NCBI GenBank assembly: GCA_038826135.1
Contig: JAWBON010000006.1
Coordinates: 1-32,000 of the forward strand
Reading direction: 5' to 3'
Length of the DNA stretch: 32,000 nucleotides
DNA from: Candidatus Odinarchaeota archaeon
GTDB lineage: Archaea > Asgardarchaeota > Odinarchaeia > Odinarchaeales > Odinarchaeaceae
Each line of letters begins with the position of its first letter. Position 1 is the first letter of the stretch. The translations under genes were made by a program, and so were the position numbers. The notes beneath the pieces were generated by a model. It saw only the letters and a program-made list of their open reading frames with translations, searched no databases and was not told the DNA's origin. Of this stretch, positions 17,112 to 25,497 are shown piece by piece.

Positions 17112-17678
17112 GTGGCCTCGTTGTTGGACGTATTTCTAGCAGCATTAACTCTGATCCTCATTGCTGAGTTAGGTGATAAAACCATGCTATTATCAATTGT
17201 TTTTTCAGCTAGATATAGAAAGCCCTTAACAGTTTTACTTTTAGCGCTTCTAGCACTTTCAACAGTCACGCTTATAGGTATCGGAATAGGATTTTTAATA
17301 GTCGAATTAATACCTGAAGCGGTTTTAAAATATATTTCAGGCTCTCTTTTTCTTATCATCGGCTTATACTACTTACTCGCACCTTTTAAAGCGGAAACAG
17401 CATCATCCTCTAAAGCAGGTTTAGCGTCATTCTTCGGCTTGATGTTTATCTCAGAGTTCGGAGATAAAACTCAAATATCTATAATCAGTCTAACTATCTC
17501 TACTATGTCTCCTATAGGTGTATTTATTGGAGCTCTCATAGGATTTACTGTAATTAATTCTATAGCTGTAATCTTAGGGGATCGTATAAGCAGCAGGATA
17601 AACCCTGTAATAATAAGGCGCATCTCAGCTGTCGTGTTCATAGCTTTCAGCGTTCTAACATTTTTAGGAGTATTATAA
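17112..17678 (+). CDS. TMEM165/GDT1 (UPF0016) Ca2+/Mn2+ transporter
   Basis: 188 aa; two internal-repeat motifs AELGDKT and SEFGDKTQ; 6 TM segments. Confidence 0.95.
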   Translation: MASLLDVFLAALTLILIAELGDKTMLLSIVFSARYRKPLTVLLLALLALSTVTLIGIGIGFLIVELIPEAVLKYISGSLFLIIGLYYLLAPFKAETASSSKAGLASFFGLMFISEFGDKTQISIISLTISTMSPIGVFIGALIGFTVINSIAVILGDRISSRINPVIIRRISAVVFIAFSVLTFLGVL

Positions 17679-17708
17679 TATCTTTATTTTGACAAAATTT
17701 ATTCCCGA

Positions 17709-17960
17709 CCTTATCTCTGTGTGCTTTGTAGTAGTTTATTTACTGGAGTAAGTGGTGTTTTATTACCGTCAGTTTTAAGCTGACTCTTGTACACTCCAAC
17801 TCTTGTAAAAATTGTTTTAGCTCAAGGTTATGATGTAGCTAATGCTCTAGCAGTGTCAAGAATAACTAGGTGGAAGGAAGTTTTAACATATATGTTAATA
17901 GCGTGGGCTGGCAGTGTAGTTTTCGGTATAACATACGGGGTTTTGGTCGGAAGCTTGTAG
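17709..17960 (+). pseudogene. Possible remnant of a membrane-protein C-terminus
   Basis: Same frame as GDT1, after its stop: ...LCSSLFTGVSGVLLPSVLS*LLYTPTLVKIVLAQGYDVANALAVSRITRWKEVLTYMLIAWAGSVVFGITYGVLVGSL*. Protein-like hydrophobic pattern, one internal TGA (17781-17783), no clear start. Confidence 0.2.
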
Positions 17961-18064
17961 ATTACAAATTAATACCGTGAAAATCTCATCCACATTTAAT
18001 GTGTTTGTTAGAGTATATCTTTCCCATATTTAACCCGTTTTAGTAAAAACTTAATCTGATTCTG

Positions 18065-18095
18065 GTTAATAATCAAAATTAAATTAGATTGAAAC
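18065..18095 (+). repeat. Solitary CRISPR-repeat-like 31-mer
   Basis: GTTAATAATCAAAATTAAATTAGATTGAAAC has repeat-like length, a GTT start and the ATTGAAAC 3' end typical of I-B repeats, and it is intergenic. The cognate repeat is unknown and the sequence is AT-rich, so it may be chance. Confidence 0.2.
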
Positions 18096-18160
18096 AATAA
18101 CTGGATTTTTAATATTGTTTTTTCATATATTTTTAAGTTTAAAATATGAGGATTGATTTA

Positions 18161-19030
18161 ATGCTGATTAAGCCTTTAGCTTTTGAAAGTTTTGGTGTGC
18201 GTTCTATGTGTACGTTTGTTGAAACACGAAGTGTTCGGGTTTTGATTGATCCTGGTGTTTCGCTGGCTCCTTACAGGTTCGGGCTTACCCCTCACCCTGT
18301 TGAATTGAAGGCGTTATCTGATTCTTGGAAGATTGTACTTGAATACGCGGGGAAGGCGGATGTTATATTAATTACTCATTATCATTTTGATCATTTTAAC
18401 CCTTTTGAAGACACCTATATCTATGAGGGTAAAACAGTTTTGGTTAAGCATCCTAAAAACAATATTAATTTCAGTCAGATTAAAAGATCTAAATTCTTCT
18501 TAGATAAGATACATGGATTGCCTGAAAGATTGGAGTTCGCTGATGAAAGGGAATTTAAATTCGGGGATACTTTAATAAAATTTTCTTCTCCTGTTTACCA
18601 TGGGACTGGGCCTCAACTAGGATATGTGTTAGAGGTTCTTTTTGATGATGGTTATAAGATGCTTTACACTTCGGATGTGGAGGGGCCTGCTACTGGTGAA
18701 CAGTTAAATTTTATTCTTGGCTGTGAACCCAATACTGTGATATTAGACGGTCCGATGACTTATATGCTAGGTTACCGGTATAGTTTTGAATCTTTTGAAA
18801 AATCATTACAGAATATTCTTAAAATAATTGAGAATGATCGGTTAGAGAAAATTATTATCGATCATCATGCTCTGCGCGATATTGAATGGAGGGAAAGACT
18901 TCGCTCTATATTTGAATTTGCTCGAAATAAGAATGTTCTTGTTTTATCTGCGGCAGAGTTTGCTGGCTTACCTGTTAATCTTTTAGAAGCTCGTCGAAGA
19001 GAATTATATGAGCAGTTGCCGGTTACCTGA
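18161..19030 (+). CDS. Archaeal UPF0282 metallo-beta-lactamase-fold hydrolase
   Basis: MLIKPLAFESFGVRSMCTFVET, IDPGVSLAP, THYHFDH, YHG, TSDVEGP, IDHHALRD. Start placed at 18161 (RBS GAGGA); the ORF track extends to 18146. Confidence 0.9.
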   Translation: MLIKPLAFESFGVRSMCTFVETRSVRVLIDPGVSLAPYRFGLTPHPVELKALSDSWKIVLEYAGKADVILITHYHFDHFNPFEDTYIYEGKTVLVKHPKNNINFSQIKRSKFFLDKIHGLPERLEFADEREFKFGDTLIKFSSPVYHGTGPQLGYVLEVLFDDGYKMLYTSDVEGPATGEQLNFILGCEPNTVILDGPMTYMLGYRYSFESFEKSLQNILKIIENDRLEKIIIDHHALRDIEWRERLRSIFEFARNKNVLVLSAAEFAGLPVNLLEARRRELYEQLPVT

Positions 19031-19048
19031 TTTCTAATTTCTTTATAT

Positions 19049-19063
19049 CGATAAATTTAAATA
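19049..19063 (+). promoter_or_regulatory. BRE-TATA for the HdrA-like/ferredoxin/ArsR unit
   Basis: CGATAAA-TTTAAATA about 35 nt upstream of the ATG at 19098; overlapped by the inverted repeat TTAAAT-N6-ATTTAA (19057-19074). Confidence 0.55.
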
Positions 19064-19097
19064 TGTTAATTTAATACCTCCTTGAGTGGTGGTTTTC

Positions 19098-19478
19098 ATG
19101 GGTGAAAAGAAACTGTTAAAATTTATAATGTGCTCCTGTACTGGGGAGTGTCCGGGTTTTTCGAAAATGAATTTTTGGAAATTAATTAACTATGTGAGAA
19201 ATGAACTTGACGTAGAGTACGCGATACTTCACCCTCAACTTTGTGTAACGGACGGTGAAGCATTCTTAAGAGACCTTCTACGTGAAGGTGGTGGTAACTC
19301 AATATATATTATAGGTGCTTGCGATCCGAGGATGCAGAGGAAAATGTTTAAGGATGTTTTCGCAGAGAAGGGCTTGGATGTTGATAAACTGGTTGTAAGC
19401 TTAGATTTAAGAAACATGGAAACCGAGGAGGCTATGAAGAAAGTGGCTGAAGCTGTGAATAAGCTAGTCGGTGAATGA
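19098..19478 (+). CDS. Stand-alone heterodisulfide reductase subunit A N-terminal-like Fe-S domain
   Basis: MCSCTGEC, HPQLC...GE, IGACDPRMQRKMF, LDLRN parallel the HdrA N-domain (CHCG, YMCSDPG, VAACSPRMHEPTF, ANIRE). No FAD-binding GxGxxG domain. RBS GTGGTGG before the ATG at 19098. Confidence 0.75.
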   Translation: MGEKKLLKFIMCSCTGECPGFSKMNFWKLINYVRNELDVEYAILHPQLCVTDGEAFLRDLLREGGGNSIYIIGACDPRMQRKMFKDVFAEKGLDVDKLVVSLDLRNMETEEAMKKVAEAVNKLVGE

Positions 19479-19479
19479 A

Positions 19480-19827
19480 ATGACTGAGAAGCGGAGCAGA
19501 TACTTGGAGGAGGAACGATACTACGGAGAGAAGCTTTATGCTTCACCTAACCCTTACAACCTGCCTAGAAAAGAGATAGACTGGTATCCTAGAATCGATT
19601 ATGAGAAGTGTAATCCTGCTGAATGCGACTACTTCTGTGTAGATTACTGTCACATGAAGGTTTTCAAGCGTGTCGGTGATAAGGTGGTTGTTGACGACCC
19701 GTATAACTGTAATGTTCCCAGCCAATCATGTGCTCCACGATGCCCTACAGGTGCGATAAGTTTTCCCTCTAAAGAGGAGCTTAAACAACAGCTTAAAAAT
19801 TTACGTAAAAAACACGGTTTACAGTAA
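19480..19827 (+). CDS. Dicluster-type ferredoxin with atypical Cys motifs
   Basis: LPRKEIDWYPRIDYEKC family start; C-x4-C-x3-C-x3-C-H and C-x3-S-x2-C-x3-C-P motifs; AISFPSKEEL tail. RBS GGTGA overlaps the upstream stop. Confidence 0.85.
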   Translation: MTEKRSRYLEEERYYGEKLYASPNPYNLPRKEIDWYPRIDYEKCNPAECDYFCVDYCHMKVFKRVGDKVVVDDPYNCNVPSQSCAPRCPTGAISFPSKEELKQQLKNLRKKHGLQ

Positions 19828-19840
19828 GATGTGATGTTAA

Positions 19841-20116
19841 ATGAATGAGGACACTTTTACTGGTCTTCCTAGAAAAGAGATAAAATGGTTTCCGACAATA
19901 AACTATGATTTATGTATCAGCTGCGGTGCGTGTGCTGCTTTCTGCCCGCACGATGTTTATGAAAAACAATCTGATCGTGTAATCGTGGCCAGGCCTTTTA
20001 ACTGTGTTGTAGGCTGTGAATCCTGTAAACTACAATGTCCTGTTGATGCTATCAGTTTTCCATCAAGAGCCGAGCTTAAACAAATACTTAAACAGTTAAG
20101 GGAAAAATACAAGTAG
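19841..20116 (+). CDS. 2x[4Fe-4S] ferredoxin (paralog of the upstream gene)
   Basis: 91 aa; GLPRKEIKWFPTINYDLC, CISCGACAAFCP, CVVGCESCKLQCP, AISFPSRAEL. Confidence 0.92.
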   Translation: MNEDTFTGLPRKEIKWFPTINYDLCISCGACAAFCPHDVYEKQSDRVIVARPFNCVVGCESCKLQCPVDAISFPSRAELKQILKQLREKYK

Positions 20117-20182
20117 AGTGTAACGTCTTTAATTTAATTATTTTTTATGTTATCCTGGAATAGTATTTTTAAGGTGAATTAT

Positions 20183-20566
20183 TTGACAGATAAAATAGAA
20201 TGTAAAACATCAAATTATTCTAAAACCAATTTTCCTAATAAACAGCCTTGGCGTGAACACTGTGAAATGCTTCAAAATTTAGCTGGTAAAGTATTAGATC
20301 ATGAAAAAATCGATATGCAATACAAATTTTTTAAAGCACTCGCTGATAAAACACGGATAAAAATAATAAGACTTTTAGATGTTAAACCTCTCTGTGTGTG
20401 TGAAATTATGACGGCTTTAAACCTAACGCAGCCGACCGCTTCTCATCACCTTAGAATACTTGAAAATACGAATCTTATTCGAGAGGAGCGTAGAGGTAAA
20501 TGGGTTTATTATCACATTAATAATTTAGTGCTAATTAAAAAACTCAGAGAACTTGAGCTTTTATAA
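20183..20566 (+). CDS. ArsR/SmtB family metal-sensing repressor
   Basis: FKALADKTRIKII, PLCVCEI (alpha3N Cys motif), QPTASHHLRIL, ERRGKWVYY. Start placed at TTG 20183 after RBS AAGGTGA; the ORF track starts at 20147. Confidence 0.92.
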   Translation: MTDKIECKTSNYSKTNFPNKQPWREHCEMLQNLAGKVLDHEKIDMQYKFFKALADKTRIKIIRLLDVKPLCVCEIMTALNLTQPTASHHLRILENTNLIREERRGKWVYYHINNLVLIKKLRELELL

Positions 20567-20705
20567 ATTTTGTTTGTAAACTGTTTATTGGCTTTTTTAT
20601 TATTTGATTAATATGCGTTTATGATTGTTTTACCATTCAACTATATTATTTCATATGTTCCAATTTCCCACTCTAATAACCTCAAAAAATTGCGACGAAT
20701 TTTAT

Positions 20706-20720
20706 GGAAAGGTATAAAAA
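20706..20720 (+). promoter_or_regulatory. Putative BRE-TATA for the bacterioferritin gene
   Basis: GGAAAGGTATAAAAA about 47 nt upstream of the ATG; RBS GGTGA at 20757-20761. Confidence 0.4.
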
Positions 20721-20767
20721 GGGTTTTGTTTTATAGTTAGGTTAAATTATTGTTTTGGTGATGTGTT

Positions 20768-21187
20768 ATGGCGTCTAAGGAGTTGTTGGATTTATTGAAT
20801 AAGTCTATTGCGCGTGAGATGCAGGTTAGTATTCAGTATTTGTGGCAGCATGTTCAGTGGCGTGGTGTTAAGGGTTTTGCTGTGAAGGATGTTTTGAGGA
20901 GTATTAGTATTCAGGAGATGAAGCATGCTGAGGCTATTGCTGAGAGGCTTGTTTATTTGGGTGGTATTCCGACTACTAAGCCTGAGCCTATTTTTGTCGG
21001 TGCGAGTTTGAAGGAGATGCTGGAGCAGGATGCTAAGGATGAGGAGGGTGCTATTAAGCTTTATAAGACTGTGATGAGCGTTGCTATGAAGGAGGGTGAT
21101 GAGACTACCGCTCACTTGTTCAGGGATATTTTGGCTGATGAGGAGGATCATCACGATACGTTTACTAGTTTGTTAGAGGAGCTTTAA
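20768..21187 (+). CDS. bfr: Short bacterioferritin-like / ferritin-like diiron protein
   Basis: 139 aa; ferroxidase ligands in ARE..SIQY, QEMKHAE (including the Bfr heme-ligand Met), DEEGA..LY and DEEDH; IAERLVYLGG motif. Confidence 0.85.
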   Translation: MASKELLDLLNKSIAREMQVSIQYLWQHVQWRGVKGFAVKDVLRSISIQEMKHAEAIAERLVYLGGIPTTKPEPIFVGASLKEMLEQDAKDEEGAIKLYKTVMSVAMKEGDETTAHLFRDILADEEDHHDTFTSLLEEL

Positions 21188-21235
21188 TTTTCTTTTTTAT
21201 ATTTTATTTTTCATCTCTATTTTTATTATTGTATG
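21188..21235 (+). terminator. T-rich archaeal terminator region after bfr
   Basis: Runs of T (TTTTCTTTTTT, TTTTATTTTT, TTTTTTT) immediately after the TAA. Confidence 0.45.
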
Positions 21236-21275
21236 TTAGTTTTTGTTGAGTGTTTGCGTGTTTATGGTGGTGTTT

Positions 21276-21668
21276 ATGGAGCGGTTGATTTATGATTTTC
21301 TTAGGCGTGGTCGTAGAGTGGCTGTGGTGGGTGTTTCCCGTGATCCTGGTAAATACGGTTACCGTGTTTATTTTGATTTGAAAAGTAAGGGTTTTGAGGT
21401 TTACGCGGTTAACCCTAATATTGATAGTGTTGAGGGTGATAGGGTTTACGCTTCTGTGTTGGATTTACCTGTTAGGGTTGATTTAGTGGTTTTTGTGGTT
21501 CCGCCGTCTGTGGGTTTAAAGGTTTTAGGGGAGTGTTTGGAGGCGAATATTAGGTGGGTTTGGTTGCAGCCTGGTGCTGAGTCGGAGGAGATATTGGAGT
21601 TTTGCAGGCGGAATAGTATTGAGGTTGTTTGGGGTGTTTGCGTGATGGTTGAGTCGCTTAGTGTTTGA
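21276..21668 (+). CDS. CoA-binding domain protein (YccU-like)
   Basis: RVAVVGVSRDPGKYGYRV, YAVNP, VDLVVFVVPP, WVWLQPGAES, CVMVE. Start placed at ATG 21276 after GGTGGTG. Confidence 0.93.
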   Translation: MERLIYDFLRRGRRVAVVGVSRDPGKYGYRVYFDLKSKGFEVYAVNPNIDSVEGDRVYASVLDLPVRVDLVVFVVPPSVGLKVLGECLEANIRWVWLQPGAESEEILEFCRRNSIEVVWGVCVMVESLSV

Positions 21669-21683
21669 AATCCTGGTGGTTTT

Positions 21684-23009
21684 ATGGCGGATGAGGGGCG
21701 TGAAACGGGTTTAACTAGGCGTGTGTCACTGGTTGGTTTGACTTTTTACGGTGTGGGTAATATTTTAGGCGCTGGGATTTATGCTTTGATCGGGCCTGTG
21801 GTTGGTTCGGCTGGTAATATGGCTTGGCTGCCGTTTGTGGTGACAGCTTTTATCGGGTTGTTGACGGGTTTATCTTACGCTGAGCTGTCCTCTATGTATC
21901 CTAAGAGTGCAGCGTCTTTTGTTTATGTGGATAGGGCTTTTAAAATAAGGGTTTTATCTTTTATACTAGGTTGGGTGGTTGTATTTTCAGGTTTGTTTTC
22001 AGCGGCTACTGTGGCTTTAGGGTTCGGTAGTTATCTTGCAGCTTTACTCGGATTATCTGGTTTAGAGGTGGTTGTTGCTTTAGCTGCTGTTCTCATAGTG
22101 GTTATGAGTGTGGTTAACTATGTGGGGATACGGGAGTCTACCTGGACTAATATTTTATTCACTCTTATAGAGGCGGGTGGTTTATTTCTAATTATTTTCT
22201 TGGGGATACCGTTTCTGGGTTCAGTGAATTATTTAGAGCTGCCGGTTGGTGGAAGCATATTAAATCTGGTTTCCACGGTTAATCTTGTTTTCTTCGCGTA
22301 TCTTGGATTCGAAGTTGTAGCTAATCTTGCTGAGGAGGGTGTTGACGCTAAGCGAACTGTTCCGAAAGCGATTATTTACTCGATTATAATCACCACTGTG
22401 ATTTACTGTCTTGTATCAGTGTCTGTTGTCAGTATTCTACCTTATGATGTAATCGCGGCGTCACCTGCGCCGCTTAAAACTGTTGTTTTAAGTGTGCTTG
22501 GCCCTGTAGGCGGTGTTTTAATGTCTTTTATAGCTTTATTCGCTACAGCTAACACTGTTTTAATCGTGTTGGTGACTACTTCTAGGCTGGTTTACGGTAT
22601 GGCTAGGGATAAAGCTTTACCCGCACCGTTGTGTAGAGTATCGGTTAAGAGACATACTCCGGGGGTTGCAGTTGTATTTGTGATGTTGCTGTCTCTTCTA
22701 CTATTATTACTAGGTGACATCGAGATTGTTGCTAACTCAACGGTTTTCGGGATACTTATCGTATTCATATTTGTTAATTTAAGTGTGCTAGTTCTTCGGA
22801 GGCGGAGTCCGGATGCGGATAGGCCTTTCAAAATCGGGTTCAACTTGAAATGGATGCCGGTTACCGCTATTGCAGGGGCGGTTATCTGTACACTTCTGCT
22901 CTTCTCATTCGATCCTTTGATTATTCTTTTACAATTAGTGATAATAGTTGTTGGAATAGTATTATTTATAGGGCTTGGTAAAAGTATAAGTCGGTCAAGC
23001 TGTGAGTGA
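21684..23009 (+). CDS. APC-superfamily amino acid permease
   Basis: 441 aa, about 12 TM segments; GVGNILGAGIY (TM1), SYAELSSMYP, FFAYLGFE (TM6), SRLVYGMARD, RPFK. Confidence 0.95.
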   Translation: MADEGRETGLTRRVSLVGLTFYGVGNILGAGIYALIGPVVGSAGNMAWLPFVVTAFIGLLTGLSYAELSSMYPKSAASFVYVDRAFKIRVLSFILGWVVVFSGLFSAATVALGFGSYLAALLGLSGLEVVVALAAVLIVVMSVVNYVGIRESTWTNILFTLIEAGGLFLIIFLGIPFLGSVNYLELPVGGSILNLVSTVNLVFFAYLGFEVVANLAEEGVDAKRTVPKAIIYSIIITTVIYCLVSVSVVSILPYDVIAASPAPLKTVVLSVLGPVGGVLMSFIALFATANTVLIVLVTTSRLVYGMARDKALPAPLCRVSVKRHTPGVAVVFVMLLSLLLLLLGDIEIVANSTVFGILIVFIFVNLSVLVLRRRSPDADRPFKIGFNLKWMPVTAIAGAVICTLLLFSFDPLIILLQLVIIVVGIVLFIGLGKSISRSSCE

Positions 23010-23020
23010 TGGTGTAGTGT

Positions 23021-25492
23021 ATGAGACCGTTAAAATATTTGATACGTTTAGAACCGGATCTTGAAAAATTCACGTTTAAAGGATTTGTAGTCATTGATGT
23101 GAAGTGTGAGACGCGGGTTGATAGAATTATTTTAAATGTGAAGGATCTATCCATCAAAGAATGTAGTATACTATATAGATGTGAGGAGGATGATTGCGAG
23201 TATAATATTATAGAGGAGAAAGATGAACTGCATGTGAAGCTTCCTAGAATTATTAAAGGTAAAGCCGCTTTGAAAATCAGTTATGAAGGTGTTATAAACG
23301 ATTTAATGATCGGGTTCTACCGGAGTAAATATACTACTAGCGACGGATTGGAGAAATATATCGCTGTCACACAGTTTGAAGAACAGGAGGCGAGGCGTGC
23401 TTTCCCCTGCTTTGATCACCCTTCTATGAAAGCCGTGTTCAATATTGAAATGATCGTGCGGAGCGGTTTAACCGCGCTCTCTAACACTGAGATTTTAGAG
23501 GTGGAAGACCTAGGCGAGGGTAGACGGCTTATCCGATTCACCCCCACACCGTTACTGAGCACGTACCTGGTTTTTTTCGCTGTAGGCGAGTTTGAACATG
23601 TTGAAGACTCTTCCACCACGCCTACAGTGAGAGTTATAACAACTCCTGGTAAAACAGTTTACGGCGGATATGCTTTAAAAAAGGCTAGGGCAGCTCTAAG
23701 CTTCATGGAAGAGTATACTGGATTAGATTACCCGACCGGTAAGTGTGATTACATAGCTGTTCAAGATTTCGTGTTCGGAGCTATGGAGAATTACGGGGCG
23801 ATAACATTCCGGGAAAACCTGTTACTAGCTTATCCGAATATTACTACTAGAAGCGGTTTGGTGAGAATAGCTTCAATAATAGCGCATGAAACCGCGCACC
23901 TATGGTTCGGGGATCTGGTAACACCGTCAGATTGGAGTTATCTATGGTTGAACGAGTCTTTCGCAACATACTTCTCATACGCTGCCTTGAATAATCAGCA
24001 TCCGGAATGGGAGATCTGGGACCGATTTATTTTAGAGAACACTGTCGACGCGTTTAAAAGAGATTCTTTAATAAACACGCATCCAATCCAGCTCCCCTCA
24101 AATCTGCCTGTTAACATTAACACGTCAACAGCGCCGATAATATATAATAAAGGTGCGGCAGTGCTCAGAATGCTAGAATCATATTTAGGTGAAGCGGATT
24201 TCCAGAAGGCTATCAAATCTTTTCTGAGGAAATACTGTTATAGTAATGCTTCAACAGACGATTACTGGACGTTGTTTGAACAGGTTTCAAAAACACCGGT
24301 CAGAGCGTTCGCGGAAAACTGGATTCAACAGGAAGGATACCCGTTAATTGAAGCCATGGCGGAGAATAATAAAATCATATTTAAACAGTCAAGGTTCACA
24401 TATCTACCCGGCGGGTTTGAAAGTAAATGGATTATCCCGGTTGAAATACTTTTACCTTTAAAAAAAGAGTTTAAATTACTTAAACATGTTTTAAAAAATT
24501 TTGAAGAAAGTATTGAAACCCCTTCCGGCACCCCTGTTTTTAAATTAAATAATAATTTGAAAGGATTCTACAGGGTGAAATATGATATTGAACACTTGCA
24601 AGCTTTAGCAGGTTTATCTTCTAAACACGTTCTACCAGCATCCGACAGCTTCAATTTAGAAAACGATTTTCACGCGTTAACATTACGCGGTGATTATTCA
24701 ATAGGCGAATACTTATATTTTTTAGAAAAATATTTCAGTGAAGAAGACAGGTATCTTCCAGCTGTCGACATCGCTAATAACCTGTTAGAGTTAAATCTAG
24801 TAGCACCTCAACACCGGTTAAAAATACAAAGCTACGGTTTAAAACTATGTGAAAACATTCTTGAAAAAACAGGATTACAGCCAACAGCTGGGGAAACACC
24901 ACAGTTAAGCGAGTTACGTAACACTATGATTTGGACTGCAACCGTGCTAGGTTCGAAAAAAATCCGCGAGTATTGTCTAAAAATATTCGAGAAAATATTA
25001 GAAAACCAGCAGGTTCAACCAGATTTATACCCGGTTATATTAAAAACAGGAGCCTATCTTAACCCTGCTGGCGAAAACTATATTATAAGAAAACTAGAAT
25101 CTCATTTAACACCTGAAATTGAGAAAACCTATCTTTTAAATGCTTTAGGATCACTATCAGATGAAAAATTATTAAAAGAAGCCTTAGATTACACTTTAAG
25201 AAAAATAGCGAAAAACAATATATTCCTAGTGTTAGCCTCAGCTAGCAGAAATCTTTCAGCTGTAAACTGGCTCTGGGACTGGTTTACAGAACATATACGG
25301 GAGCTGGAGAAACTGCCGTTAACACATTTAGGCCGAGTAATAGCTAGTATTACACCTGTATGTGGAGTTGAGAAAACCAGTCGAGTGAAAGAATTCTTCA
25401 ATAACTATCAATCCCCTGAGAATATTGAAGCTGACACGATTAAAATGGCTTTAGAACAGCTTAAAGTATATGAAAACTTATCGAAACGATAA
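23021..25492 (+). CDS. M1 family zinc aminopeptidase (PepN / tricorn-interacting-factor-like) with ERAP1-like C-domain
   Basis: 823 aa; TQFE..ARRAFPCFDHP, GAMEN, HETAH-x18-E (WLNESFA), YNKGAAVLRML. No signal peptide, so cytoplasmic. Confidence 0.96.
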   Translation: MRPLKYLIRLEPDLEKFTFKGFVVIDVKCETRVDRIILNVKDLSIKECSILYRCEEDDCEYNIIEEKDELHVKLPRIIKGKAALKISYEGVINDLMIGFYRSKYTTSDGLEKYIAVTQFEEQEARRAFPCFDHPSMKAVFNIEMIVRSGLTALSNTEILEVEDLGEGRRLIRFTPTPLLSTYLVFFAVGEFEHVEDSSTTPTVRVITTPGKTVYGGYALKKARAALSFMEEYTGLDYPTGKCDYIAVQDFVFGAMENYGAITFRENLLLAYPNITTRSGLVRIASIIAHETAHLWFGDLVTPSDWSYLWLNESFATYFSYAALNNQHPEWEIWDRFILENTVDAFKRDSLINTHPIQLPSNLPVNINTSTAPIIYNKGAAVLRMLESYLGEADFQKAIKSFLRKYCYSNASTDDYWTLFEQVSKTPVRAFAENWIQQEGYPLIEAMAENNKIIFKQSRFTYLPGGFESKWIIPVEILLPLKKEFKLLKHVLKNFEESIETPSGTPVFKLNNNLKGFYRVKYDIEHLQALAGLSSKHVLPASDSFNLENDFHALTLRGDYSIGEYLYFLEKYFSEEDRYLPAVDIANNLLELNLVAPQHRLKIQSYGLKLCENILEKTGLQPTAGETPQLSELRNTMIWTATVLGSKKIREYCLKIFEKILENQQVQPDLYPVILKTGAYLNPAGENYIIRKLESHLTPEIEKTYLLNALGSLSDEKLLKEALDYTLRKIAKNNIFLVLASASRNLSAVNWLWDWFTEHIRELEKLPLTHLGRVIASITPVCGVEKTSRVKEFFNNYQSPENIEADTIKMALEQLKVYENLSKR

Positions 25493-25497
25493 ATTTT

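Noticed and set aside
18129-18159. Second degenerate repeat 33 nt after the solitary repeat-like 31-mer (would form a mini-array)
   Set aside because: Only 14 of 31 positions match in very AT-rich DNA, and the best-matching part (GGATTGA) overlaps the RBS of the UPF0282 gene.
19476-19478. Selenocysteine read-through at the TGA ending the HdrA-like ORF (some archaeal HdrA proteins are selenoproteins)
   Set aside because: The TGA follows a complete C-terminal helix, overlaps the next gene's RBS, is not at a Cys-equivalent position, and no SECIS-like hairpin was seen.
20737-20755. DtxR/IdeR-like operator (TTAGGTTA) upstream of bfr
   Set aside because: Only the left half-site matches, and such G/T-only words are expected in this strongly G/T-skewed stretch.
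20792-21154. 120-aa antisense ORF opposite bfr
   Set aside because: Same skew artefact; fully overlaps a well-supported gene and is L/T/N/S low-complexity.
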